DNA from: a bacterium
GTDB taxonomy: Bacteria; Patescibacteriota; Microgenomatia; UBA1400; UBA12108
Length of the DNA stretch: 64,000 bases
Direction: 5' to 3'
NCBI GenBank assembly: GCA_021788365.1
Contig: JAJYKS010000003.1
Coordinates: 6,283 to 70,282, forward strand
The stretch's first letter is position 1. Each line of letters begins with the position of its first letter. Both the position numbers and the translations under genes were made by a program. Shown in pieces: positions 19,001 through 27,689 of this stretch. Under the pieces are notes generated by a model. It did no database searches and was not told the DNA's origin. It saw only the letters and a list, made by a program, of their open reading frames with translations.

Positions 19001-19365
19001 CTCTGAAAGGGCTTTTGCCAGGAGCGCTTTCGCGTACTTCTCTGGCTGGCTACTATCTGAGACATCGTGATCCCGACTGGATGCGCCCCGTTTTGTGGGA
19101 GCAAGCTTACGAGAGGGGGCAGATGCGACCAGAAACGTTTGAAAAGAGGATGCGTGATTATAAGGGGGAGATGTATTTTGGCGCGGGAGTTGCTGGTACT
19201 GGATTCCGGTGGGGATATGTTCCGATTTTGACGCCCTTTACTTTGGCAAGGGGCTGGTTTGTTGACAAATTACACCTGGATGTAGACGACTTCTGGTGGA
19301 TTACCAGGAAGGCAAACAAGGATTTTTGGGAAGAATTTAAAAAAGTAATGAATATTAAAGTTTAA
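16021..19365 (+). CDS. Large hypothetical protein (1114 aa)
   Basis: Long open frame; TGGTATAAT 7 nt upstream of ATG; no recognisable motif, signal peptide or TM. Confidence 0.85.
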   Translation: MAIQEKLGEGFEAAQHSGFGEAGADGVVKEALKQIKRDKGPSKLSPDQTRTLLLLDILRTLSADKGLTGIKSTLDRLETQFSVAAMASFGQKDIDVIAEQLERQGKKFQADVGGPDKDLLKDVGLLVRSSRWADASALVRRAIVDANTRREIDSTQNTRLVQSVDDFDSANLGRMRSRIVGLEMEQVARKVPGTGEIANEMERAARLEVGVARRYVEILRGTPQQDDIDPSLKIDTAVIAEADINSFVNDLHSRSPKIAMADERRLRHFKQEVTSNWSDLNTGIDLDEWSRGSDSVHQDRQRYIREASAVANHVLFLKARGEVILSTNEEEYLRAVQKATSAVKRSWVEEAVHEGEAATPTDELTPDEVRELKKQASNIGLLAEMGSGQGFADWAKRQRTRNPRGSWNLDTESSEGGFSFQEKIMELRDAGMLEIEDGQIVWLKGPDEFFGVMSELARDVSAIVPEVNQIPFSRSPKAMLYQALMESAAHPGSRGDLAWAKDAVFRLYTMGYVKEALWKKGGDVESFAGAALALLGQGEDDTVYSSLFRFHETVRERGSTGEIGDEIIKIDLRDMLDFSERYSRVRDGKRSWLNAISAGELNSGVHDATSKPQRMEFFYDYMKWVLDRQLDMGEIDANTHTKRIAAIGTSAHDRKHENIFDVYGQYYTNLVKVMQSIQLRYGEVAVNQVISGGGFEFCNPPGGEAPYKYHKNTVWKFCARYVPNNKFAEFLDAYDGGVDMAMVSSIAYARKETVPHFCLESSEPGANPGADKYFFETEANLSNRAKWAKQWVNFWKPAMFDSDAHRDGKYRDTDEIRMIEETQEIAERQLNSWSAADLGFIDHVDYTKLSEASGYDFEQIFQRKNITDPKEKFKYVIKNYGYKYFEWNGFRSKRVGDFYTKYLPKNYAGVYGAAIKLSMNATNDESAFEASQNIDAFSGSEKFMEDIDVVMEKMNKRTWLGIRKPKTKGGKGWLNVDQKGEKAKIDLEGDFELSLKGLLPGALSRTSLAGYYLRHRDPDWMRPVLWEQAYERGQMRPETFEKRMRDYKGEMYFGAGVAGTGFRWGYVPILTPFTLARGWFVDKLHLDVDDFWWITRKANKDFWEEFKKVMNIKV

Positions 19366-20912
19366 GTTTCTTCTTTTTTGATTTGGTTTTGGGCGGTGTT
19401 TTGCTGTGTTTTTGAGAGGTTTCCACCCAATAGCTTTGCTTGGTACTCCATGAGGTGTCGTTGACGGCCCTCTTCTCTGGCGGTGTTGATCCAGCTTGTC
19501 GGGTACTTCATTGCTAATCCATATCCACCGAGAGTGTTGCCGAATGCCTCGGCGGTGTATGGAGACTCCTTTACCTGTAGCCAATCTTGCGCCATCTTGA
19601 CCGCGGCTGGAGTCATCAAAAAGATAAAGAAACCAATGAGCGTCAGAACGTCGGAGTTGTAGAGGTTGGCGTCGGTTAACGTGAATGGCGGTAACCAGAT
19701 TTTATCGCGGTTTTGATAGAGTGCGGCCGATTGGTTAACCCCAAAGGGGTTTGCGTCGCGGGGATCGAGTGAGCCTAGGATTGTTTTGTCGGTGGGGTTG
19801 CCTACGAGGATGGCGCTAAAAATAAACATGGCGGCTGCAACCGGGAAGGGAATGAGGTAGCTGGCGGTTGTCTTTAGCCAAGTACTAAACGATTTGCTAC
19901 CAGGCATGGCGTTCATGAGTAGTTGGAGCGGGGCTGTTATGGTCTGTACGATGAGCATAACGTACGCTTTTACCAGTGCAAACATGAGCTTTAGCATGGC
20001 TATGGCGAAGGCGATCGCGACTATAAGATAACCTATCCCAAAGATACTGACAAACCCAACTACCGAGCCAGCAGCCCCTAGCACACCGGTGCCAAGTCCT
20101 GATAAAACGGCCCTGATAGAGGCGGCAACCGCTGAGATAATACTATTTCTTCCTGCAAAGATTACCGACCAAGCGGAATAGGACATAAAGCGGGTAATGA
20201 GCTTGGTGGGGTCGGAAATGATGCCCGCAGCCGCGACGAGGTACACCAGGAAATAGATAAGAAAATACATGAGGTCGATCATAAAGCCGACGATGGCGTA
20301 GCTAAAGGTGATGAGGATGAGGGTGATCAGAAGATTGGGGAGGGCGCTTTGAATGGTGACGATCGTTTGACCGCTAATCTTTGTTCGCAGCATGATCATA
20401 ATGCCGACAACCACAAACATGATGATATATAGAGAGTAGGCAACGTCACGAAATACTTTCCAGAATGGTAAGAATGGGGACATGGCCGTGTACCCCGTAC
20501 CTTGGGCGAACGCGTGCTGCACGGGGGAAAGGCCGGTGTTGCCTAGTAGGTCGGCGATGTATTCCTTGCTCGAGGGCATCATGGGGTCTGAATAGAGATA
20601 GGCGACAAAATTCCCGCTCTGAGGGACTAGGCCGGTAAGAACCTGATTGCCGCAGCCGTCTTGTAGTCCCACCACTTGTGTTGTAAGCGAAGCAATAATT
20701 GTCCCGGTGAGTCCTGGCCGCGTGGGATCGGATGGGTATGGTGTACTACACTTTGTTGAGGATGATGGCCTTCCCAGCATGTAGGGAACGAGACTGATGG
20801 ATTGCGAATTGAGACTATCTAGCTCGCTTGCCGCGTGAACCGGCTGAGCGACGAAAAATGTTGAAAAGAGTGCTACAAATAGTGGCAGGCAAAAATAAGC
20901 CAAGCGCTTCAT
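19362..20912 (-). CDS. VirB6/TrbL-like polytopic membrane protein
   Basis: Signal peptide (VHA), W..FRD.AY, I...LP.L.I.LILITFS..I.G..ID, I.AP......A.PG......W; T4SS context. Confidence 0.7.
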   Translation of the reverse strand: MKRLAYFCLPLFVALFSTFFVAQPVHAASELDSLNSQSISLVPYMLGRPSSSTKCSTPYPSDPTRPGLTGTIIASLTTQVVGLQDGCGNQVLTGLVPQSGNFVAYLYSDPMMPSSKEYIADLLGNTGLSPVQHAFAQGTGYTAMSPFLPFWKVFRDVAYSLYIIMFVVVGIMIMLRTKISGQTIVTIQSALPNLLITLILITFSYAIVGFMIDLMYFLIYFLVYLVAAAGIISDPTKLITRFMSYSAWSVIFAGRNSIISAVAASIRAVLSGLGTGVLGAAGSVVGFVSIFGIGYLIVAIAFAIAMLKLMFALVKAYVMLIVQTITAPLQLLMNAMPGSKSFSTWLKTTASYLIPFPVAAAMFIFSAILVGNPTDKTILGSLDPRDANPFGVNQSAALYQNRDKIWLPPFTLTDANLYNSDVLTLIGFFIFLMTPAAVKMAQDWLQVKESPYTAEAFGNTLGGYGLAMKYPTSWINTAREEGRQRHLMEYQAKLLGGNLSKTQQNTAQNQIKKEET

Positions 20913-20932
20913 ATAGTGAATTCTAGCACACC

Positions 20933-21475
20933 CTACGGGTGGAGTCCCAGCTTTTGTACCCAAGCGGAAGTGGTTGTTTGGATATAGGGGATGTCGCTAT
21001 ATATGAACGTGAGCTTGGTGGGGTCGATCCCAGCGTTTTTCATGAGCGTTAACCCCTCGCTGTAGCCATCTTTGAAAGCGCTGACGTTGGGATTTGTAAA
21101 TGGGGAACTGTCGGGGTTGGCGTAGGATAAGCCGTAGATCTCAAAATATACGGTGCTGCCCCCGCTTGTATCGGTGCTAAAAATGTCGATATCTACTTCT
21201 ATATTCGCCGACGTTTTATAGGCGCCAAGATGGATGGGGAGTTTGTCGCTTATCGTCGAAACGTAATCACCTCCTGACGTAGGTGAAGTGGGAAACGAGC
21301 TAGGCGAAACTGTACGCATGCTTGACGTTGTAGACCCGCCCGTATTAGAGGAGCTTGGAGACTTTGGTGAAAAAAATAAAATAAGTACAAAGATACCTAG
21401 CGTGGCACCTATAGCAATCCGGACATATTTATTTTTGAGTAGCTCTTGATACACAATCTTTACTTCGGTATTCAT
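20933..21475 (-). CDS. Membrane-anchored hypothetical protein
   Basis: Single N-terminal TM, Ser/Thr linker, globular C-terminal domain with GIDP motif. Confidence 0.75.
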   Translation of the reverse strand: MNTEVKIVYQELLKNKYVRIAIGATLGIFVLILFFSPKSPSSSNTGGSTTSSMRTVSPSSFPTSPTSGGDYVSTISDKLPIHLGAYKTSANIEVDIDIFSTDTSGGSTVYFEIYGLSYANPDSSPFTNPNVSAFKDGYSEGLTLMKNAGIDPTKLTFIYSDIPYIQTTTSAWVQKLGLHP

Positions 21476-21478
21476 AGC

Positions 21479-24286
21479 TTAGAATCCTGGTAGCTTAATA
21501 ATGCTGCCTGCCACTATTCGTAGTAGTACTCCCGCAAAAATAAGGAAGAGAAGACCCGTAACCGCGGCGGTGAAAAGCTCACGACCCTTCTTTATCTTTT
21601 CCTGATCTCCACCCGCAGTCATAATCTGTACTGTGCCCACGAACATGACAATTAAGGCAATCGCGCCCGCAATGCCACCCGCAAAGGTGAGGAGCACTGT
21701 TGTGAGACTACTCCCTATAGGGATGCATCCAAGTGCGGTGTCAATTGCATTCTCGCCACAGCGACCGTGAGGGTTGATGGTCCCCCTTGGTGAAAGTGTG
21801 GGTGTCGGTGCGGCTGACGCGGCTGCGCTCGCGTTTTGACTGGTTGCGAGATTGTAAACGGCGAGTGCGACGGCAAAGGCACCGGGACGATCATTCCCGT
21901 AGGGGGTCGGCTGGCCGGCCGTGAGATCACCATGATAAAGCAAATACATGTCTGTGTGACGAGCGTCTAGCATGTTGGTGGCGTAGGGGTCGTCGTCGCC
22001 AATAAACTGTCGCGGACAGCCACTGAAGGGTATGGGGAAGGGGTATCCCAGCTGGCAGTTGCTGTTCCCCCCACCGTTGAAGTCTGAGATATCGCCAATA
22101 AGTTCTTGGGTGTTGCTATGCGGATGATTCAGGAGTGTTTTCCCTGCGTTTATGGCAGATGTTTCTAATCCGCCATCTCGACTTGCGGCCCCACCATTTT
22201 GTACAGAAACGGTAGTGGGATCCCCGCCGTCGGTGAATGCGGAGCTTCCCTCTTCGAAGTGGATGCCGGCGATTACTTCGCAAGGGATACCCGTTGCTTG
22301 TTCTGCGGCAGCGTACGCTGACTCGAGTTTGGGATTTAGCTTGCCGTCAACAAACATGGCGGAATTTTTGACGACGTTTGTAGCCTCTAGAAGCGGTGCT
22401 TGCCAGGAAGAATCTTTAATAAGCGCTGCAAATTTGGTTCCGTCACAAAGTCCTGCGGTAGTTGTCGCCTGCTGACACCCTATACGCGTACCAAGCGCGT
22501 AAGCCTCTATTGAGGTTGAGAGCGGGGCGGAGTAGTCAGGATCGCTACAGGTAAATAAGCCCACCGCCCGCTGGGAGTTGGCTATGCTCATAGGCTTCCC
22601 GGCATAGGGAAAAACTCCCTGGTCGTTTACCGTATTAGACATGTTGCTGTTGTGCTCTGCTGCTTGTGTGAGGGTCGGCTCTGTGTCGCGGGTGTTATAG
22701 ACCATTTGTTGGAGGTCGGCTAAACTCTGACCCATCAAGTCAGGAATACTAAGATAGTGGAACGTTACCATGTCTACCATGTCGGTGGGGCGGGGATAGA
22801 TGGCGTTTAGGAAGTCCTGGATTATGTTGGATGTTGTGTACGCTCCACCGCTTTCTTTGGTCACATCGGCTGGTTGTATTTTATAACAGTCACTATCCAT
22901 AGAATCTTGATAGTCATAAATAAATCCTAGTTTGTTGAGCGTAAGTGGATTGTAGTTGTCCGCAACATAATGAAACGTTACGGGCTTGGTCGCGTCTCCA
23001 CATTTTACGACGTTGTCGTGGAGTTCGACGTCTAATTTCGCGGTGATTTTTGATGGTATGCCGGCAGGTAGTGTGCTTAAGAAGTATCTTGCGAGCGGGT
23101 TTTTAACAACAATGTCTTGAAAGATCTTCATTGCTTGGTCGAGTGGAAATGTAGTAAAGAGGTCATCCATGGCGGCAGCCCATGCCTGGTGAACCGTGGG
23201 GTCTGTATAGAGCGCTTTTGACTTTGCAAAATAGGGGAATGGACACTTTAATCCTGGGCAGCACCAAGCCCATAGACAAACTGATTTGCGCGTGTATCCA
23301 CGCTCGTTTGATGGGGGATACATGGGTGCTTGGGATAGGTCGACTGCCCAAGTGGCTGTAGGGTTTTCGTAGTAGGTGTTACAAAGGTCTTTTTCCGCCG
23401 CGGATGTGTCGATATTTTCACCCCCGAGGGTTGTTAGAAATTGCTCGTGGGCGTAGGTAATCCCATATGCGTCGCCACCGACGTTGCCCGGTAGTTCGCG
23501 AGCTATTTCGATCAAGGTCTTGCCATTTGGAGTCTGGAAATTCCAATTCACCCAGCCTAGGGGCCACTCCCCCGTGCCGGCGAGTGTGTCCTTTGTAAAC
23601 GCAGCCTGCTTTACCACAATGGCCTGCCGAACGAGGCGGTCACACATTGTCAGGGATAGGTCCAACATGCCGTTTGTGATTACATTGTCAGAACTTGAGT
23701 TGTAATCGTAGCGATATGCCTCGTTTTGTAGTTTGGGGTAGACGAGTACATTTCCCAATGAATCGGTAGGCGTTGTCGACGATGTGGACGATGAGTCGGG
23801 GCCAGTAGGGTTTGAGAAGTCGGTGCTTTGGACGGCGTCGCTACTCGTGGGTATACCTGTGTATTTACATTTTCCTTCGATGCTTGCAGGATCGACAGGG
23901 ATAAGCTTTCCATTGGCGTCGTACTCCTTGGGGATAACTTTTACACATTGCCCATGACGCCCGCCCATGACGTCTGATCTGGCCGTGTTATCGGTATTGT
24001 TGGTACAAAGATCTACCGGTCCGGTACAGTCTGTCTCGCTCTGGCATGTTTTGGCGCGCTGATCGTGGCATATGTGGAGCGGGGGATAGCGTCGATTGCG
24101 ATCCTGATTTTCGAAGACGATGAGGTTTGTTGGTTTAATAAAACGGTAGAGGGGAAAGAAGCTTTTGTAGAACTCATCGGTTGTCGGTTCTGCCGGATCG
24201 ATTGCAAATATCTTGGTGGCGTGGAGAAGGGACACAATGAGAAGGAGTAGTGTTGTAGCTAGGATGCGAAACCGTATCGAGCGCAT
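21479..24286 (-). CDS. 935-aa secreted Cys-rich protein with lytic-transglycosylase-like domain and C-terminal pilin module
   Basis: Signal peptide MRSIRF...IFA; Y.AA...TGIP.EVIAGIHFEEGS (SLT-like); C-terminal two-TM pilin motif T.GG..EK.KKG.E.FT.A..GL. Confidence 0.75.
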   Translation of the reverse strand: MRSIRFRILATTLLLLIVSLLHATKIFAIDPAEPTTDEFYKSFFPLYRFIKPTNLIVFENQDRNRRYPPLHICHDQRAKTCQSETDCTGPVDLCTNNTDNTARSDVMGGRHGQCVKVIPKEYDANGKLIPVDPASIEGKCKYTGIPTSSDAVQSTDFSNPTGPDSSSTSSTTPTDSLGNVLVYPKLQNEAYRYDYNSSSDNVITNGMLDLSLTMCDRLVRQAIVVKQAAFTKDTLAGTGEWPLGWVNWNFQTPNGKTLIEIARELPGNVGGDAYGITYAHEQFLTTLGGENIDTSAAEKDLCNTYYENPTATWAVDLSQAPMYPPSNERGYTRKSVCLWAWCCPGLKCPFPYFAKSKALYTDPTVHQAWAAAMDDLFTTFPLDQAMKIFQDIVVKNPLARYFLSTLPAGIPSKITAKLDVELHDNVVKCGDATKPVTFHYVADNYNPLTLNKLGFIYDYQDSMDSDCYKIQPADVTKESGGAYTTSNIIQDFLNAIYPRPTDMVDMVTFHYLSIPDLMGQSLADLQQMVYNTRDTEPTLTQAAEHNSNMSNTVNDQGVFPYAGKPMSIANSQRAVGLFTCSDPDYSAPLSTSIEAYALGTRIGCQQATTTAGLCDGTKFAALIKDSSWQAPLLEATNVVKNSAMFVDGKLNPKLESAYAAAEQATGIPCEVIAGIHFEEGSSAFTDGGDPTTVSVQNGGAASRDGGLETSAINAGKTLLNHPHSNTQELIGDISDFNGGGNSNCQLGYPFPIPFSGCPRQFIGDDDPYATNMLDARHTDMYLLYHGDLTAGQPTPYGNDRPGAFAVALAVYNLATSQNASAAASAAPTPTLSPRGTINPHGRCGENAIDTALGCIPIGSSLTTVLLTFAGGIAGAIALIVMFVGTVQIMTAGGDQEKIKKGRELFTAAVTGLLFLIFAGVLLRIVAGSIIKLPGF

Positions 24287-24287
24287 A

Positions 24288-24572
24288 TCAAAAACCAAAC
24301 TTAAACTGGGTAACCTGTACGCCGGTAATTGTTTGAATGGCGAGTAACACCAGCCATGAAATAATGGCAAGCGCAATCCCAACGACAGCGAGCGTGATAA
24401 TCTGTTTTCCCGCTTCGAGATTTTTTGTATCACTGCCGGCAGTTAGGATTTTAAATCCCCCCGAAAGAATCATTAGAAACGCGATGACTCCGATTAGGGG
24501 AATCGCTGCGGACAAGATGTTGCCAAAGTACGTGGGAAGGTCTGATAGTTGTGCTGCATCACCGACTGCCAT
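24288..24572 (-). CDS. VirB2/TrbC-like pilin
   Basis: Two TMs with GG...T.G.......GK..IT.A..G motif. Confidence 0.8.
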   Translation of the reverse strand: MAVGDAAQLSDLPTYFGNILSAAIPLIGVIAFLMILSGGFKILTAGSDTKNLEAGKQIITLAVVGIALAIISWLVLLAIQTITGVQVTQFKFGF

Positions 24573-24615
24573 ATGGAGAGATTATAGCAGGAAGAAGTGG
24601 TCAATGATGTTTTGT

Positions 24616-24750
24616 CTCGCCGTGTTCTCAAATGAAAGACCGACCCACCTGGTCGCGTGCGCCACAATTTTGCAGTGCTCACAGCTTACTGGAACAACCA
24701 GTTCGACGCTCCGCGCTGAAAATTGCTCTGCACGCTCCCCTTTTGGCGAG
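24616..24750. repeat. Long irregular hairpin element
   Basis: Nested arms CTCGCC/GGCGAG, CGTGC/GCACG, AATTTT-CAGTGC/GCGCTG-AAAATT. Confidence 0.55.
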
Positions 24751-24754
24751 TTAC

Positions 24755-25105
24755 TTAGTAAGCTTTCGGGGGGTTGATGTTGCCATTCAATACTGAAATC
24801 CCGAAGAAGTATTGAATGATAAGCATTACAGCCCATGCGGAGGCAACGACGGCAAGACCAACCAAGGCGGCCGTTATGCGATCGCGTGCTTCTTGTGTCT
24901 TCCCCTTGTCACCACCAGAGGTGATCCACTGAATGCCACCCCAAATAAGGTAGGCAAAAACGAGCAGGGCGGCTATCAAGAGTGCGCCTTGGACGGCACC
25001 CTGAATGAGCGTGCCGATGTTGGTAATCTGGACGTTGTCAGGCTTGTTGACGGATAGGTCGGGGGCTGCTGGTGCTTGAGCTAGAGCTACTGGGATAAGA
25101 TTCAT
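24755..25105 (-). CDS. VirB2/TrbC-like pilin (candidate major pilin)
   Basis: GGIQWITSGGDK.K...AR.RIT.A.VGL; strong promoter and SD. Confidence 0.85.
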   Translation of the reverse strand: MNLIPVALAQAPAAPDLSVNKPDNVQITNIGTLIQGAVQGALLIAALLVFAYLIWGGIQWITSGGDKGKTQEARDRITAALVGLAVVASAWAVMLIIQYFFGISVLNGNINPPKAY

Positions 25106-25110
25106 ATATT

Positions 25111-25156
25111 TCCTCCTTTATGTGTGTAGTTTATTTTTTTATACGCCTGTTGTCAA
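25111..25156 (-). promoter_or_regulatory. Sigma70 promoter plus Shine-Dalgarno
   Basis: TTGACA-17 bp-TAAACT, then AAGGAGG before ATG 25105. Confidence 0.8.
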
Positions 25157-25162
25157 TTTATT

Positions 25163-25468
25163 TTATTTTGTGATTCCGATGCCGAAGAAATAGTCGATGA
25201 GACGGAAGATGGCCCAGGATGCCGCTACGATGGCTAGACCCAAGATGGCGTTGGTAATGCGATTTCTTGCCTCTTCTAGCTTTCCCTTTTCGCCGCCCGA
25301 GGTTACCCATTGAACACCGCCGTAGATCATATAGATAAAGGTGGCGAGTCCTGCAACCATGATGACGGCGGAGATGGATTTTGAGACAAATGTGCCGAGC
25401 GAACTGTTAACGGCGACGCGAGACTGGACTTCACTGCCAATGTTTATGTCAAAGCTGCTTGCTGCCAT
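25163..25468 (-). CDS. VirB2/TrbC-like pilin
   Basis: GGVQWVTSGGEK.KLEEAR.RITNAILGL. Confidence 0.85.
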   Translation of the reverse strand: MAASSFDINIGSEVQSRVAVNSSLGTFVSKSISAVIMVAGLATFIYMIYGGVQWVTSGGEKGKLEEARNRITNAILGLAIVAASWAIFRLIDYFFGIGITK

Positions 25469-25483
25469 ATATTATTCCTTCAT

Positions 25484-25511
25484 TCCCTCGACTGTCGCTC
25501 GGGATTTCGGG
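25484..25511. repeat. REP-like short palindrome
   Basis: TCCCTCGACTGTCGCTCGGGA imperfect hairpin between pilin genes. Confidence 0.5.
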
Positions 25512-25535
25512 CTATTTTTATATTTATTAATGTCC

Positions 25536-25913
25536 TCAACCCGCTGTTGGCCACTTAACGTTTAATAGGTCGATCCCGAGTGCTGCTTGGAGGAATTTGA
25601 TAATGACATATGAGGCAACGAGAATGGCGAGACCAATCAGGCCCTGTGTGATGTGGTTCTTTGCGTCTTCTAATTTACTCTTTTCGCCGCCAGAGAGGAT
25701 CCAGTTTACCGCCCCCCAGAGGAAGTACATCATGAATGCGAGACCACCGACAATAATGATTGTTTGCCATAGGGTACCAACGGTTACGGCAAATTGTTTC
25801 CCCTGATCTCCGCCACCCCCACCCGGAACGGCGACGTTGGTTATTGTGGCATGAGCGACTGTAGGAGATAGGAGGTAGGAGATGGGAGATAGGAAGGCAA
25901 TGAGTTTTTTCAT
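25536..25913 (-). CDS. VirB2/TrbC-like pilin
   Basis: Signal peptide (AHA); W..SGGEK.KLEDAK..ITQG.IGL. Confidence 0.85.
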   Translation of the reverse strand: MKKLIAFLSPISYLLSPTVAHATITNVAVPGGGGGDQGKQFAVTVGTLWQTIIIVGGLAFMMYFLWGAVNWILSGGEKSKLEDAKNHITQGLIGLAILVASYVIIKFLQAALGIDLLNVKWPTAG

Positions 25914-25914
25914 A

Positions 25915-26271
25915 TTATTTAAAGGTCATACTTTGGATAAGTGTGCCTGGATTCAGAATGTCGACACCTAGGGCTTTCCCAACGATCCATACAATGGAGT
26001 AAGAAACGGTAATGATGATCATTCCAATGGCGCCATTGGTCATCATGTTTTTGGCGTTTTCGATCTTATCTTTTTTGCCACCGGCTGTAATCCAGTTGAG
26101 TCCACCCATGAGAAACCAGAGAGTAAAGGCAAGCCCGCCTACGATGGTCAGGATGGCAAGAGAGTTGCTGATGATTTTTTCGAGTGGGTTAGTGTAGGCG
26201 GCGACACCAGAGCCACCACCGGGCTGGTATCCGCCGGGAGTTGTGATTTGGCTAAAGTTTATATTTGCCAT
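25915..26271 (-). CDS. VirB2/TrbC-like pilin
   Basis: GG..WITAGG..DK.E.AK..MTN..IG. Confidence 0.85.
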   Translation of the reverse strand: MANINFSQITTPGGYQPGGGSGVAAYTNPLEKIISNSLAILTIVGGLAFTLWFLMGGLNWITAGGKKDKIENAKNMMTNGAIGMIIITVSYSIVWIVGKALGVDILNPGTLIQSMTFK

Positions 26272-26272
26272 G

Positions 26273-26614
26273 TTAGTAGCTCCCCGGACCCGTGATACTG
26301 GGCTGCAGAATGGCGGTTGCGGAACCGAAAAGTAGGAAGCTGACGACGCCGGTTATGGCGGCTGCAGCGACCATGACTATGAGGCCAATCAGCGACATAT
26401 TGATGGATGAAATGGCTTGTTCTATCTTCTTTTGGTCGCCATTGCTGGTTATGTAGGTGAAACCGGCGTACATGAGATTGAAAAAGGCAAAAAGGCCAGC
26501 AGCGGCGAAGATAACCTTAACTACGTTGGAGATGAAAAGGGGAAGGCCAGTGTTGACCGAGCCATAACTCGTGGACGGTAAAGGGTTGTTGATGCCACCA
26601 AATACACTTGCCAT
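26273..26614 (-). CDS. VirB2/TrbC-like pilin
   Basis: AGF.YITS.GD.KK...A...I..S.IGL. Confidence 0.82.
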   Translation of the reverse strand: MASVFGGINNPLPSTSYGSVNTGLPLFISNVVKVIFAAAGLFAFFNLMYAGFTYITSNGDQKKIEQAISSINMSLIGLIVMVAAAAITGVVSFLLFGSATAILQPSITGPGSY

Positions 26615-26622
26615 AGGCGCTA

Positions 26623-26946
26623 TTATAAACCACTGTTGAGGATCTGCACTCCTGTAACAACTTGAATAATCTGGATGATCCAGTATGATCCGAAAAGTAC
26701 CAATAAACCAACTAACGCAGATGTGATGATTTTACTTCCTTCTTTGGTTTTTTCTGAGTTCCCAGCGTTTGCGACAATGGTAAAGCCGCCGAACACGATC
26801 ATAAAAAAGATAACAAGGCCAGCAGCAACGTAGACGTTGGGGAGGATGGCGTTTATCAGCTTGCTTGCATTGGGGTAGGTAGAGGTGGCAGTGGAATTGC
26901 CCTGGAACAGAAGCTTGTCGCCGAGATTGAAACCAGTAGCGGCCAT
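26623..26946 (-). CDS. VirB2/TrbC-like pilin
   Basis: GGF.....G..EK...G...IT.A..GL......YWIIQ. Confidence 0.82.
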   Translation of the reverse strand: MAATGFNLGDKLLFQGNSTATSTYPNASKLINAILPNVYVAAGLVIFFMIVFGGFTIVANAGNSEKTKEGSKIITSALVGLLVLFGSYWIIQIIQVVTGVQILNSGL

Positions 26947-26970
26947 AGTGAGGAAATTATAGCAGGTTGA

Positions 26971-27130
26971 GCTGGCCAATCACGATTTTATTGTTGCTCC
27001 TAAAACTTTTCGCTCAATTTATTGCTCGCGGAGATCTGGGCAGCGACGCTCGCCCAGATCCATGTTCGCATTTAGAGTAGAATTCGCTCAAAGTTTCTTA
27101 ACGTATGCACAAAAATCGTTCTCGGCCAGT
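26971..27130. repeat. Long irregular hairpin element between divergent pilin and sigma promoters
   Basis: GCTGGCC/GGCCAGT, ACGATTTT/AAAATCGT, AAACTTT/AAAGTTT, GATCTGGGC/GCCCAGATC. Confidence 0.65.
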
Positions 27131-27155
27131 TTATGGGGGGGGTAGAATAGCGGGT

Positions 27156-27689
27156 ATGGAGATAATTGTTGAGGAAGTGTTGCAAGGTAAGCGGGGGGCG
27201 GCAACGCGCTTTTATCTCCGATATGCGCCCGGAGTTCGCCGTTATCTTTTGGCAAAATTGCCAGATGAACATATAGCGGAAAATTTGTTGCAAGATGTTT
27301 TTTTGTCGGCGTTTGATTCACTTGCCTTGTACCGCGGCGATTCGAGTGTTGCAACATGGCTTCTTTCGATTGCGCGACACGAGGTGGCCGATTACTGGCG
27401 GAAGTATTATGTGCGCAAAGCAGTCGAGAAGACGAGCCCACTCTTTGAGACGATTGTGTCGGAGATGCTTTCACCGGAATTTGCCTCATATAAGAGCAGA
27501 TTACGCATGCGGTTTATGCGGGCATATCACACTGTGGGCGTGCAATATCAGGATGTGTTGTCCTACCGCTATGAGCTCGGGATGAGTGTAAAAGAGATTT
27601 CTATAAAAATGAACCTGTCATTTAAGGCGACGGAGTCGCTCTTGTACCGAGCACGGCAGGCATTCGCGGCGGCGTATGAACAAGGATGA
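27156..27689 (+). CDS. ECF-type RNA polymerase sigma factor
   Basis: AE.LLQDVFL, WL..IAR...D..RK (region 2); S.KEI......KA.ES.L.RAR (region 4). Confidence 0.9.
   Translation: MEIIVEEVLQGKRGAATRFYLRYAPGVRRYLLAKLPDEHIAENLLQDVFLSAFDSLALYRGDSSVATWLLSIARHEVADYWRKYYVRKAVEKTSPLFETIVSEMLSPEFASYKSRLRMRFMRAYHTVGVQYQDVLSYRYELGMSVKEISIKMNLSFKATESLLYRARQAFAAAYEQG

Noticed and set aside
24287-24433. N-terminal extension of the 984-aa ORF
   Set aside because: Overlaps a pilin gene; the signal peptide starts at ATG 24286
8605-26946. Integrative conjugative element or prophage
   Set aside because: No integrase, relaxase, att repeats or phage structural genes; promoter style matches the core genes
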